Source: Leucoraja erinacea (lineage: Eukaryota). Taken from it: 64,000 bases of DNA. Below, in pieces: positions 1 through 12,327 of the stretch (its first letter is position 1; each line of letters begins with the position of its first letter). A program made the position numbers and the translations under genes. The notes beneath the pieces are model-generated. The model was not told the DNA's origin, searched no databases, and saw only the letters and a list, made by a program, of their open reading frames with translations. The stretch is from the NCBI RefSeq assembly GCF_028641065.1, contig NC_073389.1:14694001-14758000 (forward strand), read 5' to 3'.

Positions 1-1075
1 CTCATGGAGGAGGCCCAGGACGGATTCAGAATGGGAGGGTGGAGTTGAAGTGCTGAGCCGCAGGGAGATCAGGTTGGTTATTGCGAACCGAGCGGAGGTG
101 TTGGGCGAATCGATCACCAAGTCTGTGCTTGGTCTCACCGATGTAGAGCAACTGGCATCTAGAGCAGTGGATGCAATAGATGAGGTTGGAGGAGGTGCAG
201 GTGAACCTCTGCCACACCTGGAAAGACTGCTTGTGTCCTTAAATGGAGTCAAGGGGGGAGTGTAGCATTTCCTGCGGTAGCAAGGAAAAGGGCCCGGAGA
301 GGGGGTGGTACGGGTGGGAAGGGACGAATTGACCAGGGAGTTACAGAGGGAGCGGTCTCTGCGGAAAGCAGACAGGGTAGGAGATCGGAAGATGTGGCTA
401 GTGGTGGCAAAATTGATGGATTATTTGTTGCACGTGGCAGCTGGTAGAGTGGAAGGTGAGGACAAGGGGGGGACTCTGCCATAGTTACGAGTGGGGGGGG
501 GGGGGGGGGGGGGGGTGGTGAGTGGTAGTAGAGTCACGGGGTATAGCAGAGATCCTGGTGAAAGCCTCATCTATGGTCGAAGAGGGGAACCCCCGTTCAT
601 TGAAGAATGAGGACATCTCCGATGCCCTGGTGTGGAACACCTCATCCTGGGTGAAGATGCAGCGTAGACGGAGGAATTGGGAGTAGGGGATAGAGTCCTT
701 ACAGGAAGCAGGGTGGGAAGAAGTGTAGTCCAGATAGCCATTCGAGCCAGTGGGTTTATAGTGGATGTCGGTCAGTAGTCTATCACCTGCGATGGAAATC
801 GTGAGGTCTAGAAATGGTAGGGAAATGCCGGAATGGTCCAGGTGTATTTGAGTGCCGGATGGAAGTTAGTGGTGAAATGGATGAAGTCAGTGAGTTGTAT
901 GTGGGTGCAGGAGGTAGCACCAATGCAGCCGTCGATGTAGCGGAGGTAGGGGGCCCATGCTAGTGCCCATAGCTATGCCTTGTGTTTGGAGGAAATGGGA
1001 GCAGTCATACTAAAAGTTATTTAGGGTAAGGACCAACTACGCTAGGCGGAGGAGAGTATCAGTCTGAGACACTGG
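1..1075 (-). mobile_element. Penelope-like retroelement fragment (RT C-terminal half plus GIY-YIG endonuclease), defective
   Basis: Minus strand gives GIAMGTSMGP, then YLRYIDGC (internal deletion; YIDD changed to YIDG), then YLDYTSSHPASCKDSIPYSQFLRLR. ORF 26..217 reads FTCTSSNLIYCIHCSRCQLLYIGETK...HFNS, the PLE GIY-YIG region. Frameshifts and a poly-G run near 493-515. Confidence 0.92.
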
Positions 1076-1099
1076 CAGGAGTGCAAAAGACGTCTCTTG

Positions 1100-1350
1100 G
1101 TCATAAGTTTATGTCATCGGAGCAGAAGTAGGCCATTCAGCTCATTGAGGCTTCTCCGCCACTCACCCAAGTCACCCTCTGACTATAGAAATTCCTCCTA
1201 ATCTTCCTTCTAAAGTTGCATCCTTTTATTCTGAGGCAATGGCCTCTAGTCCTAGCCTCTGCCTCTATTGGAAACATCCTCTCCACATTCACTCTATCCA
1301 GGCCTTTCCCTATTTGGTAGGTTTCAATGTGGTCCTCCCTATCCTTCTTG
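1100..1350 (-). mobile_element. CR1 LINE 3' fragments
   Basis: IETYQIGKGLDRVNVERMFP...RTRGHCLRIKG...RRNFYSQRV is the CR1 ORF2 C-terminus. CR1 tail motif near 1120-1145. Confidence 0.85.
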
Positions 1351-1644
1351 GGCTTGCGTGGGTTGTCATTGGAAGCCCTCCTTTTCATCGATGCAGTCTT
1401 GGGTTTCCATTGATAGCCGTAATAGTTTTGAGAACAACAAAATCATTGAGTAAACTCCATGATAATCCAAAAACCAGGAGAAAGCATAAACCGTGGTCAA
1501 GAACTGAGCAGAAATGTACAGATTTACTTCATATGGATGAATTCTTTAAATCAGCTATCCACTACACCTGTCCCCATCTCCATACAGTTCTGCAGTAACA
1601 ACGCTCATGTTAAACATCATTAGTGATGTCAAAAACAATGTAAA

Positions 1645-1745
1645 GTACAAAGTGCTGGAGTAGTTCAAAGGAATGCTGCTAGACCCACAGTTACTTCAGC
1701 ACTCTGTCTTTTTTTTTTGTTAACCAACCACTGCATGTCCTTGTG
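1645..1745. mobile_element. Degenerate Penelope pseudo-LTR (pLTR) palindrome
   Basis: acaaagtgctggagta...ttacttcagcactctgt are decayed inverted arms of the pLTR repeat. Confidence 0.55.
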
Positions 1746-1779
1746 CCCGCAATGCAAATTACTATTCATTGCTTCCCAA

Positions 1780-2110
1780 AATGAGGGGTGATCTTATGAA
1801 GGTTTCCAAAATCATGAGGATGATAGATAACATTAATACACAGTGCATTTTTTCCACGTTAGGGGAATCGGGAACTAGAGGGCATTTGTTTATGATGGGA
1901 GAGGAACGATTTAATAGGAATTTGAGGGGAACCTTTTTCACTCGGATGGTGGTGGGTGTATGGAACAAGCTGTCAAGCCACTTGGACAGAAATGTTTTAG
2001 CGGGATATGGGCCAAACGTGGGCACTTGGGACTAGCTTAGATGAGGGATCTTGGTTGGCAAGGACCAGGTGGGCCAAAGGGTCTGTTCCCTGCTGTACAC
2101 TTTATGACAC
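1780..2110 (+). mobile_element. CR1 LINE 3' fragment
   Basis: MRGDLMKVSKIMR...GESGTRGH...NLRGTFFTRMVVGVWNKL, followed by a gggccaaagggtctgtt tail. Confidence 0.85.
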
Positions 2111-3464
2111 TTAAAAGAAACGTGTGTTGATGCTCCCACCAGTTCAACTTGAACCTTGTGACATTACGGTACTATTGGGCAGCTCGAATCCGAGCGGATC
2201 AAGCCTCAGCTCTTTTGTGTTCCTCGTTCCCTAATCTCCAGCAGATGGTTTATTTCCAGCCCTCTCTGGCTTTTGGTAAAGCAGTCACGAAGGCACAAGA
2301 TCAGACTCCAATCTTTAATTTCACAGTATCCGCAACAAATGTAAGTAGCCTGGCTGTCACTTCATTGCTCTTCTGGGGGGACAATGAGGCCACGTTCTAA
2401 TTCTTTAGTCAGCAGCCCTGTCCATACATCAATTAAGCAGCCATTTGTTATGTGCAATCCCACGCAATGATAAGTAATGCTTCTTGACAGAAGGAGAAAC
2501 ATCCATCTCAGTGTTTATCAATGCAATGCAGCGAGATGCCTGTGCAGGAAGGAATGACTCTTTCTCAGGATACGGAAGCCAATTACTGAGCTGTACTGCA
2601 GCATCAGTTAAAAGTGATTAACCTGGGACACTCCTCACTGGTGTGGATTGCTATTCTAGGGGAATCTTGAGATGGAGTTGTGAGGTATTCCGGTGAGGCT
2701 AGTAGGGAACAGACTGTGATCCGATAATAGGCCAATTGGCCAAGTAGCAGACTAAAATATTTTCTGATTTTCCATGCACATTGAGACGTGCTCATCATAC
2801 AGAACCATCGGAATAAACCTTCAAGTAATGCGTTATTTGATAAGAAATAGGATTTTCTAAAACAAATAGCATTAGGTGGTCATGTAAGTGTCGTATTCTC
2901 TTAATGTGTTGAAATCCTCCCAAGGTTCAAATTTAAAATTATTTTCCATTAACTTTGGGAGGGGCGAGAGGATTTAAATGTGTGGCACATAGGCTTAGTT
3001 GGGTATCTGCTGCAGCCTTCCAGCTGCTGAACTGCCCCAGGATAATTAGTTTTGGATGGAAACACATGAAGGAGCGACACCTCCAGAGATCAGCCATCTG
3101 CTTTAAATTATTGAAAGGAAAATCTGTAACTGCAAAAGGTCAGTTGGTAGGTTACATTTTGAGGATTGCAGTCACGTTCAGCCAAGGTGATTTATACTGT
3201 ACAGTACTGATATGCCTTGGGGAGAAAAGACAGGACAGTATTTGAAATCCTTCTTCCCATCTTCCTGAATGTCAGAAATAACCCTTGAAGAAATTCATGC
3301 CTCCACCAGGTTAGCACTGGAAGCATGAGTGCCATTTACCTTTTTTTGTTATCGAGCAGGATGGATTAGTGTGTATTTTGGTTTATTTGAATTATTTTGT
3401 TGTCATCTCAGAGAGAGAGGCTGAATTTTTCTCTCGCAACCTCTGGATGTCAAAAAGATATTAA

Positions 3465-3705
3465 CGACTGAAGTGCAGTCGTTGTTGCTGTTTCAGGAAA
3501 CACTGCAGCCAATTTGTACATCGTAAAATTCCCCAAACAGTGGTGCAATAACTACTGGCTAATTCCACAGTAATGAGGCATAACATATTGACCTGGACAC
3601 TGAGGAGAACCCCATGTACACCAAGCTAGCAACGTGGGATATTTAATGTCCATCTGAGACGCTCTTAACAACTTATCCAAGTGATGCTGCATCCTGCAGT
3701 GCACC
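3465..3705 (-). mobile_element. Ancient DeuSINE (SacSINE1/AmnSINE1-like) fragment
   Basis: Colinear motifs gaagtgcagtc, aggaaacactgcagccaatttg, cccaaacag, atattgacctggacactgaggagaac and gtgggatatttaatgtccatctgag match the recalled reverse complement of the Deu-domain SINE. Confidence 0.6.
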
Positions 3706-3710
3706 ATTCA

Positions 3711-4003
3711 CTTAGTTTAGTTTGGAGATACATCACGGAAACAGGGCCTTGCTTCGACCTGCAATCCCCGTACATTACACACACTAGGGTCAATTTACAT
3801 CTTTATACCAAAGCCAATTAACCTGCAAACCTGTACATCTTTTGGAGTGTGGAGGGCAACGAAGATCTCGGAGAAAACCCACGCGGTCACGGGGAGAACG
3901 TACAAACTCCGATACAGACAACACCCGTAGTCAGGATCGAACTCGCGTTTCTGGCGCTGAAAACGCTGTAAGGCAGCAACTCCTCCGCTGCGCCACCATG
4001 CTG
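3711..4003 (-). mobile_element. tRNA-derived V-SINE (HE1-like)
   Basis: On the minus strand: A-box head ggtggcgcagcgg, B-box gagttcgatcc, V-domain-like cacactccaaaaga, and an (ctaaa)n tail. Confidence 0.85.
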
Positions 4004-4654
4004 CCAGCAAATTACTGAAATGCAATTTGAACTCCTGGCCTATTTGAACCGAGCTGTGGTTGAGACTTTGCAGCTAAATATCATCCATGTAAGGTGACAT
4101 TTGAAATTAGCGTTTATTGGCACACATTTCTCTCGCAGCAGCATAAGGCCACCACTCATTGTTCAGCTTACTGGCAGATGTTCGGAGGGGTTGTCGGCTA
4201 AAGTTCCCTTCAAGCCAGCATCTTTTTTCATTCGGGGCACAGTGAACCAGGGGACCTGTGGCATCTGTGAACTGGTTGAGCAATCCAAAGTCCATTAATC
4301 AGTCGCATTAGAACAATGCAGAGTCCCAAACCTGTCAGCGTTGAGCAGGGAATCTAAATGTATTTTTAAATAATGTGGAGAAAGAAAACCGAACAATGAT
4401 TGTTGTTCCTATGCTGCTGCAGATGGGGTTAAAAGAGAGAGAGGTGATGAGAAAGACAGGAAAAAAAAACATGTTTCTTTTGAATATGGTAAACTACTTC
4501 ACTCAGTTATTCAATTTTGCAATGTGAGTCTGTCATTGAGCATTGTACCTGCATGTTCAGCAGCACGTCCTGTCTGGGCCACCATGTTAGACTGCACAGG
4601 TGTGTCCTCCAGCAATTACTGTCACTTTCTTAAGTTTTAGCGTTTAAGACTTTA

Positions 4655-4950
4655 TTTTATTTTAGAGATACAGCGAGGAAACGGGCCCTTCAGCCCACCG
4701 AGTCCGCTGACCAGCATTCATCCTGTCCACCAACACTATCCTACACACTAGGGACTACTTACAATTATTTTTACCAAAGCCAATTAGCCTGCAAACCTGT
4801 ACATTTTTGGAGTGTGGGAGGAAACCAGAATACCCGGATAAAACCCACGTGGTCACAGGGAGAACGTCCATACTCCATGCAGACAGCACCCATAATCGTG
4901 ATTGCACCCAGATCCAAGGCGGCAGTTCTGCCACTGTGCCACCCTGCCAT
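4655..4950 (-). mobile_element. V-SINE (HE1-like)
   Basis: tagagatacagcg...ttttggagtgtgggaggaaaccaga...gacagcaccc; same family as 3711-4003. Confidence 0.85.
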
Positions 4951-5364
4951 TATGCTGATTACAAAATGATGTACAACAGCCTTTCTCCAGCTGTGTACAG
5001 AAAAATGCACAAAAAGGGACAAAAAGTTACTGTGAGGTTTCACTTCATTACATTCTCACTGAGGAAAGACCAGTTGAATGGAAACATCATCACTTCAAAG
5101 ATGTCTTGCCGTTTATGCACCATCTTGAGTTGGGAGCATCTGCTGGCCTCCACGCTAGTTCTTTCACCTCTGGGTCAATTACCAGGAGGTCCCGACAGCC
5201 CTGTGACACAGGGTTCCCACTGTGCTGGCTGCCAACAGTCTCAGGATGAGATCTCCTCCATCAGCTCTTGGAATTATTCAGTCAGTCAACACTCACTGGA
5301 ATGTACATTTTGAAGCGCTGCTGGAGTGAATGATCTACCTCACAACTGGTGAGCCTCAGACTAT

Positions 5365-5540
5365 CCTTGGTCAGACTTTTCTGGCTTTACCTTGGACTAA
5401 ACATTATTCCCTTATCATGTATCTATGAACTGTAAATGGCTCGATTGTAATCATGTGTTGTCTTTCCACTGACCGGGTCGCACGCAACAAAAGTTTTTCA
5501 CTATACCTCCGTACACGTGACAATAAACTAAACTGTAACT
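5365..5540 (+). mobile_element. LINE 3'UTR (probably Rex1/Babar)
   Basis: aaagtttttcactatacctccgtacacgtgacaataaactaaact tail; the reverse complement occurs at ~34030-34070 among Rex1 fragments. Confidence 0.5.
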
Positions 5541-6244
5541 GTAGGATCACATTCAAATAATCCTTGAAGTTGCGTGCAGAAATTAAATGAGGCAATTAAG
5601 GCTGTACACCAACTCAATGCTGCCTACACACTTAATGAAGCAGTGACCAGCCAAAACTAATCAGAGTGTTTATTTGTCAAGCACATCAGCGGGGAGCTCA
5701 GATTCGTGACTGGCTCCAGTCACTGTGAGCCTGTAGTACTTAATAGCTAACCCATGCCACTTGGATGGGAGCCACAGGCTGCTTGCTGTCAGTTATTCAG
5801 AAAGTCAGTCCAACCTAGGATCTGTTGAATAATGGATCAAAATAGGGAGAGGAAGCAAGACACGAGGCTCTGGTGCAGGAGATGTGAGGTTGGAGAGAGA
5901 TTTTATACTTGCAGGTGGGAAAAGACATCGGAGAAGTTCTCTTCCATGTCTAAATATAGAGTTACAGTATTACAACAAGAATTTCAGCAATCTTGCTGAA
6001 TAAATCTTCAAACTGCCCTGCCTTACAAACTGTAACACGAGCTTCAGTTGTGACTGAATAGACCACACACCGATCTCACACACTGCTCTCCGAATCGCAC
6101 TTCAATCACTGGGCTATCAACAAGCTCGATTAATTAAGATTCCAGATTCAAGATTCAATTTAATTGCCATGTGTACCAATAAAGGTACCGTGTAATTTGA
6201 GTTGTAGTTAATTATCATGCATGACCAACATCCATATGTTCTGT

Positions 6245-6352
6245 GTGTAGAAAGGAACTGCAGATGGACGAAGGGCCCCAACCCGAGACGTCACCCATCC
6301 TTTTTCTCCAGAGATGCTGCGTAACTCAAGCACTATGTGTCTACAGTATATT
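6245..6352. mobile_element. Penelope pLTR-derived insert with TSD
   Basis: gaagggcccaacccgagacgtcacc...ctccagagatgctgc, flanked by catatgttctgt (6233-6244) and catatggtctgt (6353-6364). Confidence 0.7.
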
Positions 6353-6469
6353 CATATGGTCTGTTTTACAATTCTGGTCTGCACGTATTGCAGGGACTGT
6401 GCACACACAGTGGTGAGGTTGTGTTGAATGCAATGCATTGCCATAAATCCTGACACTTGGCCTGTTGAG

Positions 6470-7005
6470 AATAGCAGATGCAAAGTCCAAAGGGTAGGGG
6501 AGTCGTAAACTGGAAGGCGTAGATTTATGAGGGGAACGATTTAAAAGGGACCAAAGGGGTGGCTTTTTCACACCGAGGGTGCTGCTGATATAGGACAAGC
6601 TAACAGAGGAAGCTTTAGAGGTGGGTACGAATATAATGGTCGATTGCCACTTGAACAGGGATATAGATAGAAAGATAGACACAAAATGTTGGAGTAACTC
6701 AGCGGGACAGGCAGCATTTCTGGAGAGAAGGAATGGGTAACGTTTTGGGTCAAAACCCTTCTTCAGGTCTCGACCCGAAACATCACTTCTATCCAGAGAT
6801 GCTGCCTTTCCTGCTGAGTTACTCAAGCATTTGTGTCCATCAGTTTAAACCAGCATCTGCAGTTCCTTCCTACATAGATAGAAAGTATTCTGGTCAGGAC
6901 AGGCCAAATGCAGGCAAATGGAAGTAACTCATATTGACGTTCTGGTCAGCATGGACGACTTGGGCCGAAGGGTCTGTTTCCATGTTGTAGGGCTCTACGA
7001 CTAAC
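6470..7005 (+). mobile_element. CR1 LINE 3' fragment interrupted by a pLTR palindrome
   Basis: agggtaggggagtc...tttttcacaccgagggtg...ttgggccgaagggtctgtttcc tail. Confidence 0.75.
6675..6873. mobile_element. Head-to-head Penelope pLTR palindrome with 12-bp TSD
   Basis: Inverted arms ggagtaactcagcgggacaggcagcat and atgctgcctttcctgctgagttactc. TSD atagatagaaag at 6663-6674 and 6874-6885. Confidence 0.85.
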
Positions 7006-7547
7006 TGCAAGGAATAGAAATATGGTAGACCATTCTTGAAATATCAGGTGTCAGGCGGCAGCAGGGCTTTGATTGTATGCGGAGTAAAACCAACCACGTT
7101 GTGAGTGGATGCATTTTTCACTCTATAACCACCCTTTGATTTGCACAGGAGTGTTCGATGCAGTTGGTGCAAACGGTCTGTGGCAAGACAATTCCTGTCA
7201 CACCAGGCTTCGGCCTGCTTGGCCTGTTGCTCGTCATCTTTGTGGAAAGTCACAGGGCTGGAATGGTTCTGCACTAAGGAAGAGATGGTGATGTATGGAG
7301 GTTATTGTCGTGGGTAGCACTGGGATCTGAAGTCTTGCCTCACATGCACATCTCGTATGTGTATGTGACAAATAAACTTGACTTGACAATGCAGGAGAGA
7401 AGAATGAAATCTAGTGAAGGGCTGCCAGTCCAACATTTTGTTGGAGTGGAAGTTCCCTTTGTGTGACTACTTTTAACGTGGGATTGTCGCTGCACATATA
7501 GGTCCAATTGCCTGTGAGGTCTTGCACAGTGGCAGGTAGATGTGGAC

Positions 7548-8062
7548 TCCCTCTACCCCTCTCCCTCACCCTCTCTCCACCTCTTTCCCCTCTCTCTTTC
7601 CCCTCTCTCTTCTCTCTTTCCCCTCTCTCTTTCCCCTCTCTCTTTCCTCTTCCCCCTCTCTCTTCCCCCTCTCTCTCTCCCCCTCTCTCTTCCCCCTCTC
7701 TCTTCCCCCTCTCTCTTCCCCCTCTCTCTTCCCCCTCTCTCTTCCCCCTCTCTCTTCCCCCTCTCTCTCCCCCTCTCTATCTCCCCCTCTCTATCCTCCT
7801 CTCTATCTCCCCCTCTCTCTACCCCTCTCTCTATCTCCCCCTCTCTATCTCCCCCTCTCTACCTCCCCCTCTCTACCTCCCCCTCTCTACCCCCCTCTCT
7901 ACCTCCCCCTCTCTACCTCCCCCTCTCTACCTCCCCCTCTCTACCTCCCCCTCTCTACCTCCCCCTCTCTACCTCCCCCTCTCTACCTACCTCTCCCCTC
8001 TCTCTACCTCCCCCTCTCTACCTCCCCCCTCTCCTCTCCCTCTCTCATCCCCCTCTCTCTTC
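7548..8062. repeat. Polypyrimidine minisatellite (~14-bp units ctctctcttccccc, then ctctctacctcccc)
   Basis: Directly visible ~510-bp C/T tract made of tandem 14-mers. Confidence 0.95.
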
Positions 8063-8304
8063 AGCTCTCAGGTGTTATACTTTTTTGAGGTTCAGGCTAG
8101 ATGTTTGTCTCCTGTTCTCTGGGTGTACAGAGTATCCTGATGACTGCCTCGCTCCCCCTCCTCCAAACCTCTACTTCCACCTCCTCATCCCAGCAGCTTA
8201 GACACCCCCTTTCTGTGAGTCACCATCAAGTAGTTGTGCTGTGTGGCAGGTCATATGCTCAACTCTGGTTGGATCTGTTGTTTCATCTATTGTGGACTTT
8301 TGGA

Positions 8305-8605
8305 CTTCCGAGATACAGAGCGGAAACAGGCCCATTGGCCCACTAAGTCCTTGTCGACCAGCAATCACCTCGTACGCAGCACTACTCTACACACTAGGGA
8401 CAATTTACAATTTATCGTAGCCAATTAACCTACAAACCTGCACGTCTTTGGAATGTATGAGGAAACCGCAGCACCCAGAGAAATCCCACGCGGTCACAGC
8501 GAGAAAGTTCAAATTCCATACAGACAGCACCAGTCGTCAGGATCGAACCTGGGTCTCTGGCACTGTCAGGCAGCAGTTCTACCGCTGCACCACTGTACCG
8601 CCCCA
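8305..8605 (-). mobile_element. V-SINE (HE1-like)
   Basis: Near full length, running from gagatacagagcggaaacaggccc to ctaccgctgcaccactgtaccgcc. Confidence 0.88.
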
Positions 8606-9529
8606 TTCTAGAAGCCACAATTTAGATCCTTCAGCACCTGCCATAACACTGTAAGTGGGCTGTGCAACTTGTAACAACCATGTAAAGTATCGAACACTTG
8701 TACAGTAATAGCAACAGCCTGAAGAAATAATCCAGCAATTAACCTATAAGTAATGGATCGCCCCTTTGTTTTGTTGGATGGTGTTGAAGAGTTGAGCTCC
8801 ATAATTGCAGTGCTGGCATATAATCAGCATTTCACACGAATTAACATCACAATCTACCTGCTTAGTGTGTTTCAGTGAATGTGCAACATGTCTATGCTGA
8901 TACCTTCACTCGCATGGTCTCTCCTACCATTTACAAACTACGTATGTGCAAATTTGGAGAGCTAGACGCCGAAATAAACGAGTGCAGTAAAAGTCCATTT
9001 CGTCCCTCTGCCATTGTTGCACTACCCTGCCCTGGCATTTGGATGGAGGCCAGCAAGAGATGCTGAGGACCCAGATTGAGTAAATGAAGTAGCCACAATG
9101 TAGAAATCACCTGCAAATGGAGCAACAGTTAATGGAGAGTAATTATGCAATGCAGTTTGGAAGATGTGAGAGTCAAGAGTGTTTTATTGTCATATGTTCC
9201 AAACAGAACCAAAAATTATTACTTGCAGCAGAACAGATATGTAAGCATAGTACTCTGTAACCAGATAATGAATGAATAAAAGTTATATTATGTATAACTT
9301 TATATATGACTGTTGGCAGACCAATTTCCATCCATGGATGAATAATTTTCTATCGTATCGTATCGCATAGTTGGTGCAACGTGAAATTTCTCTTCCATCT
9401 TATTTTTCAGGATGTGGACACCACTGCCAAGTCCAGCATTTATTGCCCATCCCTCATTAGCCATCATTAGTGTGGCTTCCTCAGTCACCTCCGAGCATTT
9501 GAAAAATCAACCACTTTACTGAAGTTACA

Positions 9530-9730
9530 TGTGGAAGTAATTGCCACAGATGGCTGTGGAGGCCAAGTCAACAGATATTTTTAAGGCAGAGACAGATAGA
9601 TTCTTGATTAGTATGGGTGTCAGGGATTATGGGGAGCAGGCAAGAGAATGGGGTTGAGAGGGAAAGATAGATCAGCCATGATTGATTGGCGAAGTAGACT
9701 AGATGGGCCGAATGACCTAATTCTGCGCCT
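9530..9730 (+). mobile_element. CR1 3' end
   Basis: ggctgtggaggccaagtca...gatagattcttgatta...gatcagccatgat...gatgggccgaatg. Confidence 0.8.
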
Positions 9731-9837
9731 TTCGCAGGCGAGACAAGGCAATTCCTGCCCTGAAGGACATCAGTAAACCAGATGGGATGTTATGACAATC
9801 CTGTAGTTTTGTGATCATCAATATAATAACTAGCTTT

Positions 9838-10122
9838 GTGTTAGAAAGCATTGTAGATGCTAGTTTATACTGAAGATAGAACTCAGTAATTTCTGGAGAC
9901 AAGGAATGGATGACGTTTTGAGTCGAGACCCTTCTTCAGACTGAGAGTCAGGGGAAAGGGAAACGAGAATTATGATGGAGAGAGATATAGAACAAATGAA
10001 TGAAAGATATGCAATAAAGTAACGATGATAAAGGAATATGGGCATCATTAGCGTTTTGCTAGGTGAGAACGGGAACTCATTGCGACATGTGGGGGAGGGA
10101 CGGAGAGAGTGGGAGAGCATGG
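9838..10122 (-). mobile_element. Penelope pLTR/3'UTR insert with 13-bp TSD
   Basis: tgacgttttgagtcgagacccttcttcagactgagagtcagggg; TSD aataactagcttt at 9825-9837 and 10123-10135. Confidence 0.85.
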
Positions 10123-10864
10123 AATAACTAGCTTTCTCATTTGAAAAAAAAAAGATTATGAGCTGAATTTAATTTGACAGCCGGCAAGATGATTGAAATT
10201 GCAGATTGTGAATTATTAATCCTATAATTTAACTAATGCACCACAAATACTCAATATTTACTACAAACCCAAAATTAAAACAGGCGGAACCACGGCTGAG
10301 GAAAAAAATTGTTAGCCTTGTTGTTTAAGGATGAATGCAAATACTGTAGATGGGACTTTACTTATTTGATTGCACTGATGTAAATATTTAAAGGAAGTTT
10401 TCATCACAAGCCTTCAGCTTATAATGTCGTCACCGGTTATGTCAGTTATTGTTGAACTATCTTCCTGCAAAGAGCGAGGTGTATGGCATTGGTGGATTGG
10501 TGAATTGTTCTTCTGTTTCTAGTCTCAATGGAAGCATCAATCAATACAAGTAAAATTGGGGGATCTCAAAGGTAATAACACCAGGATTCTTACCATCTGC
10601 TGGATGAGTTAGGAAAGAATGGAATTGATTTACTGGTGTTCAGCAAAAAAAATAATTAAGTTTCATTTCTTCCACCGTGGGATATGGGGGCCAGTTCTGA
10701 ACAAGCTATAAAGATGCCCTTGGTGGAGTTTCAGTAGAAGCTATAGGACAGAGCTAAATATAACACAGTGAAGAGATTGAGAAGTAGAATCCTCAAGGAA
10801 AAACATTTTAAGATATTAAGTGTAAGAAGTGAGTGAAGGGGATAATAATAGCAGTTGGAAGTTG

Positions 10865-11060
10865 GTCGGTGTATGGAACGATCTGCCAGAGGAGGGGTTG
10901 AGGCTGGGACTATCCCAACATTTGAGAAGCAGTTAGACAGGTACATGGTTAGGACAGGTTTGGAGAGATATGGACCAAATGCTTGCAGGTGGGACTCGTG
11001 TAGCTGGGACATGTTGGGTCGAAGGGCCTGTTTCCACGCTATATCACTATGGCTCTATGA
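10865..11060 (+). mobile_element. CR1 3' end
   Basis: VEAGTIPTFEKQLDRYM, followed by a gggtcgaagggcctgtttcc tail. Confidence 0.85.
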
Positions 11061-11842
11061 GAGGTAAATAGTAATTGAATATTAAAGATGGAAAATCAAA
11101 GGGAAGGTCTGAATGCATCAGGACAACAGGGACTTTGTTCATGAATCCCTCTTAAAATCCTTTTAACAGATCTTTCAACTTGCCTGCTTCCAGTCTGAAC
11201 TAACCAGCCATAGCCTGCTGTAACTTCTCTTCCCATGCCCATGTCTCTGGGGAAAAGTGATAGTTTTGAGACTGGCAATGGTGGACATATAGATGGGGAT
11301 TTCAGCGTCTCTAGTCTTCAGGTTGTGTTTGAGTTAATAAAGTCACCTCTCATTCTTCTAAACTCCAAGGAATACCGACCAAAATATTTAGTCTGACCCA
11401 ATGGAACAACCCACAGATCCCAGCAAGACTCCCCATTGGACTGTGCCCATTCCTAGTGAATGTTTAAAACCGCACTGGCATCTAACAAAACCCTGTCTCA
11501 GCCTGAGGTGCAAAACATTTGAAATATTTATCATGTTAAAAATGTTTAATGAAGGGAAGACCTTCCAAAATGAAAGCTTATGAATCATCTTTAAAAAGGC
11601 TAATCACCTCATGCAAATAAACATAATCAAAAATAACTTTAAAACATTAACCCAAAATGATTTTTTTCATAATTATCTTGGCTATCTCTTTGGTTTCTTC
11701 TTTTCCCATTACTATGCAACTAAGTGGATATATTTCCTAGGCTTAACTTGATGCTGGATGAAAGAACCACTTCTGCATGAGAGAATCTTAGCACGATTAA
11801 TCTTCACTGTTGGAATGCAGCAGTGGAGTATTTTGACAAGTA

Positions 11843-11922
11843 CAAAGGGTCTCAACCTGAAACATCACCGACTCCTTCTCTCCAGAGATGCTGGAGTTAC
11901 TCCAGCAGTTAGTGTCTATCTT
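11843..11922 (+). mobile_element. Penelope pLTR fragment
   Basis: aagggtctcaacctgaaacatcacc...ctctccagagatgctggagttactccagc. Confidence 0.75.
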
Positions 11923-12327
11923 TGACAAGCACAAGCCTGGCAACTTGACTTGAGCCCAATGAGATTTGCTAAACGTATTAGATTTGGGTTGGAAATCCTC
12001 GGACTTAGCTTGGGTTTTGTTTGACTCTGGTTGGGTCATGTGTTAGTTTAAATTTGATCAGTTGTCTACGATACGCTCTGTGACCAAGTGATGCCACATG
12101 CTCCTCACATTCTGTTTGGTAGTTTGTTTCTACATCTAGCCAAATACATTTGTCCTGTGTTTGACTTTGATTGAGCGGAAATTGCTAATCTGTCTCCTTC
12201 ATCCAACAAATTCTTGACATTAAATGACAGGGTGTACCATGAAATGTATGCAAGCGGTGCTAAAGGGTGGAATTGATGTCGGTGATTAGAACCAGTTAGG
12301 AAGAACTATTCAACATTGGGATTGAGA

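Larger units (their letters stand above)
9400..10250 (-). mobile_element. Older second SINE family, split by CR1 and pLTR insertions
   Basis: ggatgtggacaccactgccaagtccagcatttattgcccatccc ... ctgaaggacatcagtaaaccagatggg ... gacaatcc. The same motifs recur at 24330-24640 and 30580-30915. Confidence 0.55.

Noticed and set aside
493-515. Poly-G run as a regulatory G-quadruplex
   Set aside because: It is an expansion of a Pro-coding tract in a dead Penelope copy, and homopolymer length may be a sequencing artefact.
4807-5313. 168-aa ORF
   Set aside because: It starts in an antisense SINE and runs into unique DNA with no recognisable domain.
5983-6000. Short perfect inverted repeats (also ~16751-16773 and ~38304-38332)
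   Set aside because: Arms of 8-9 bp are expected by chance in 64 kb and have no supporting context.
7508-8201. Three overlapping 182-219 aa Pro/Ser/Leu-rich ORFs
   Set aside because: They are stop-free only because they lie in a C/T minisatellite.
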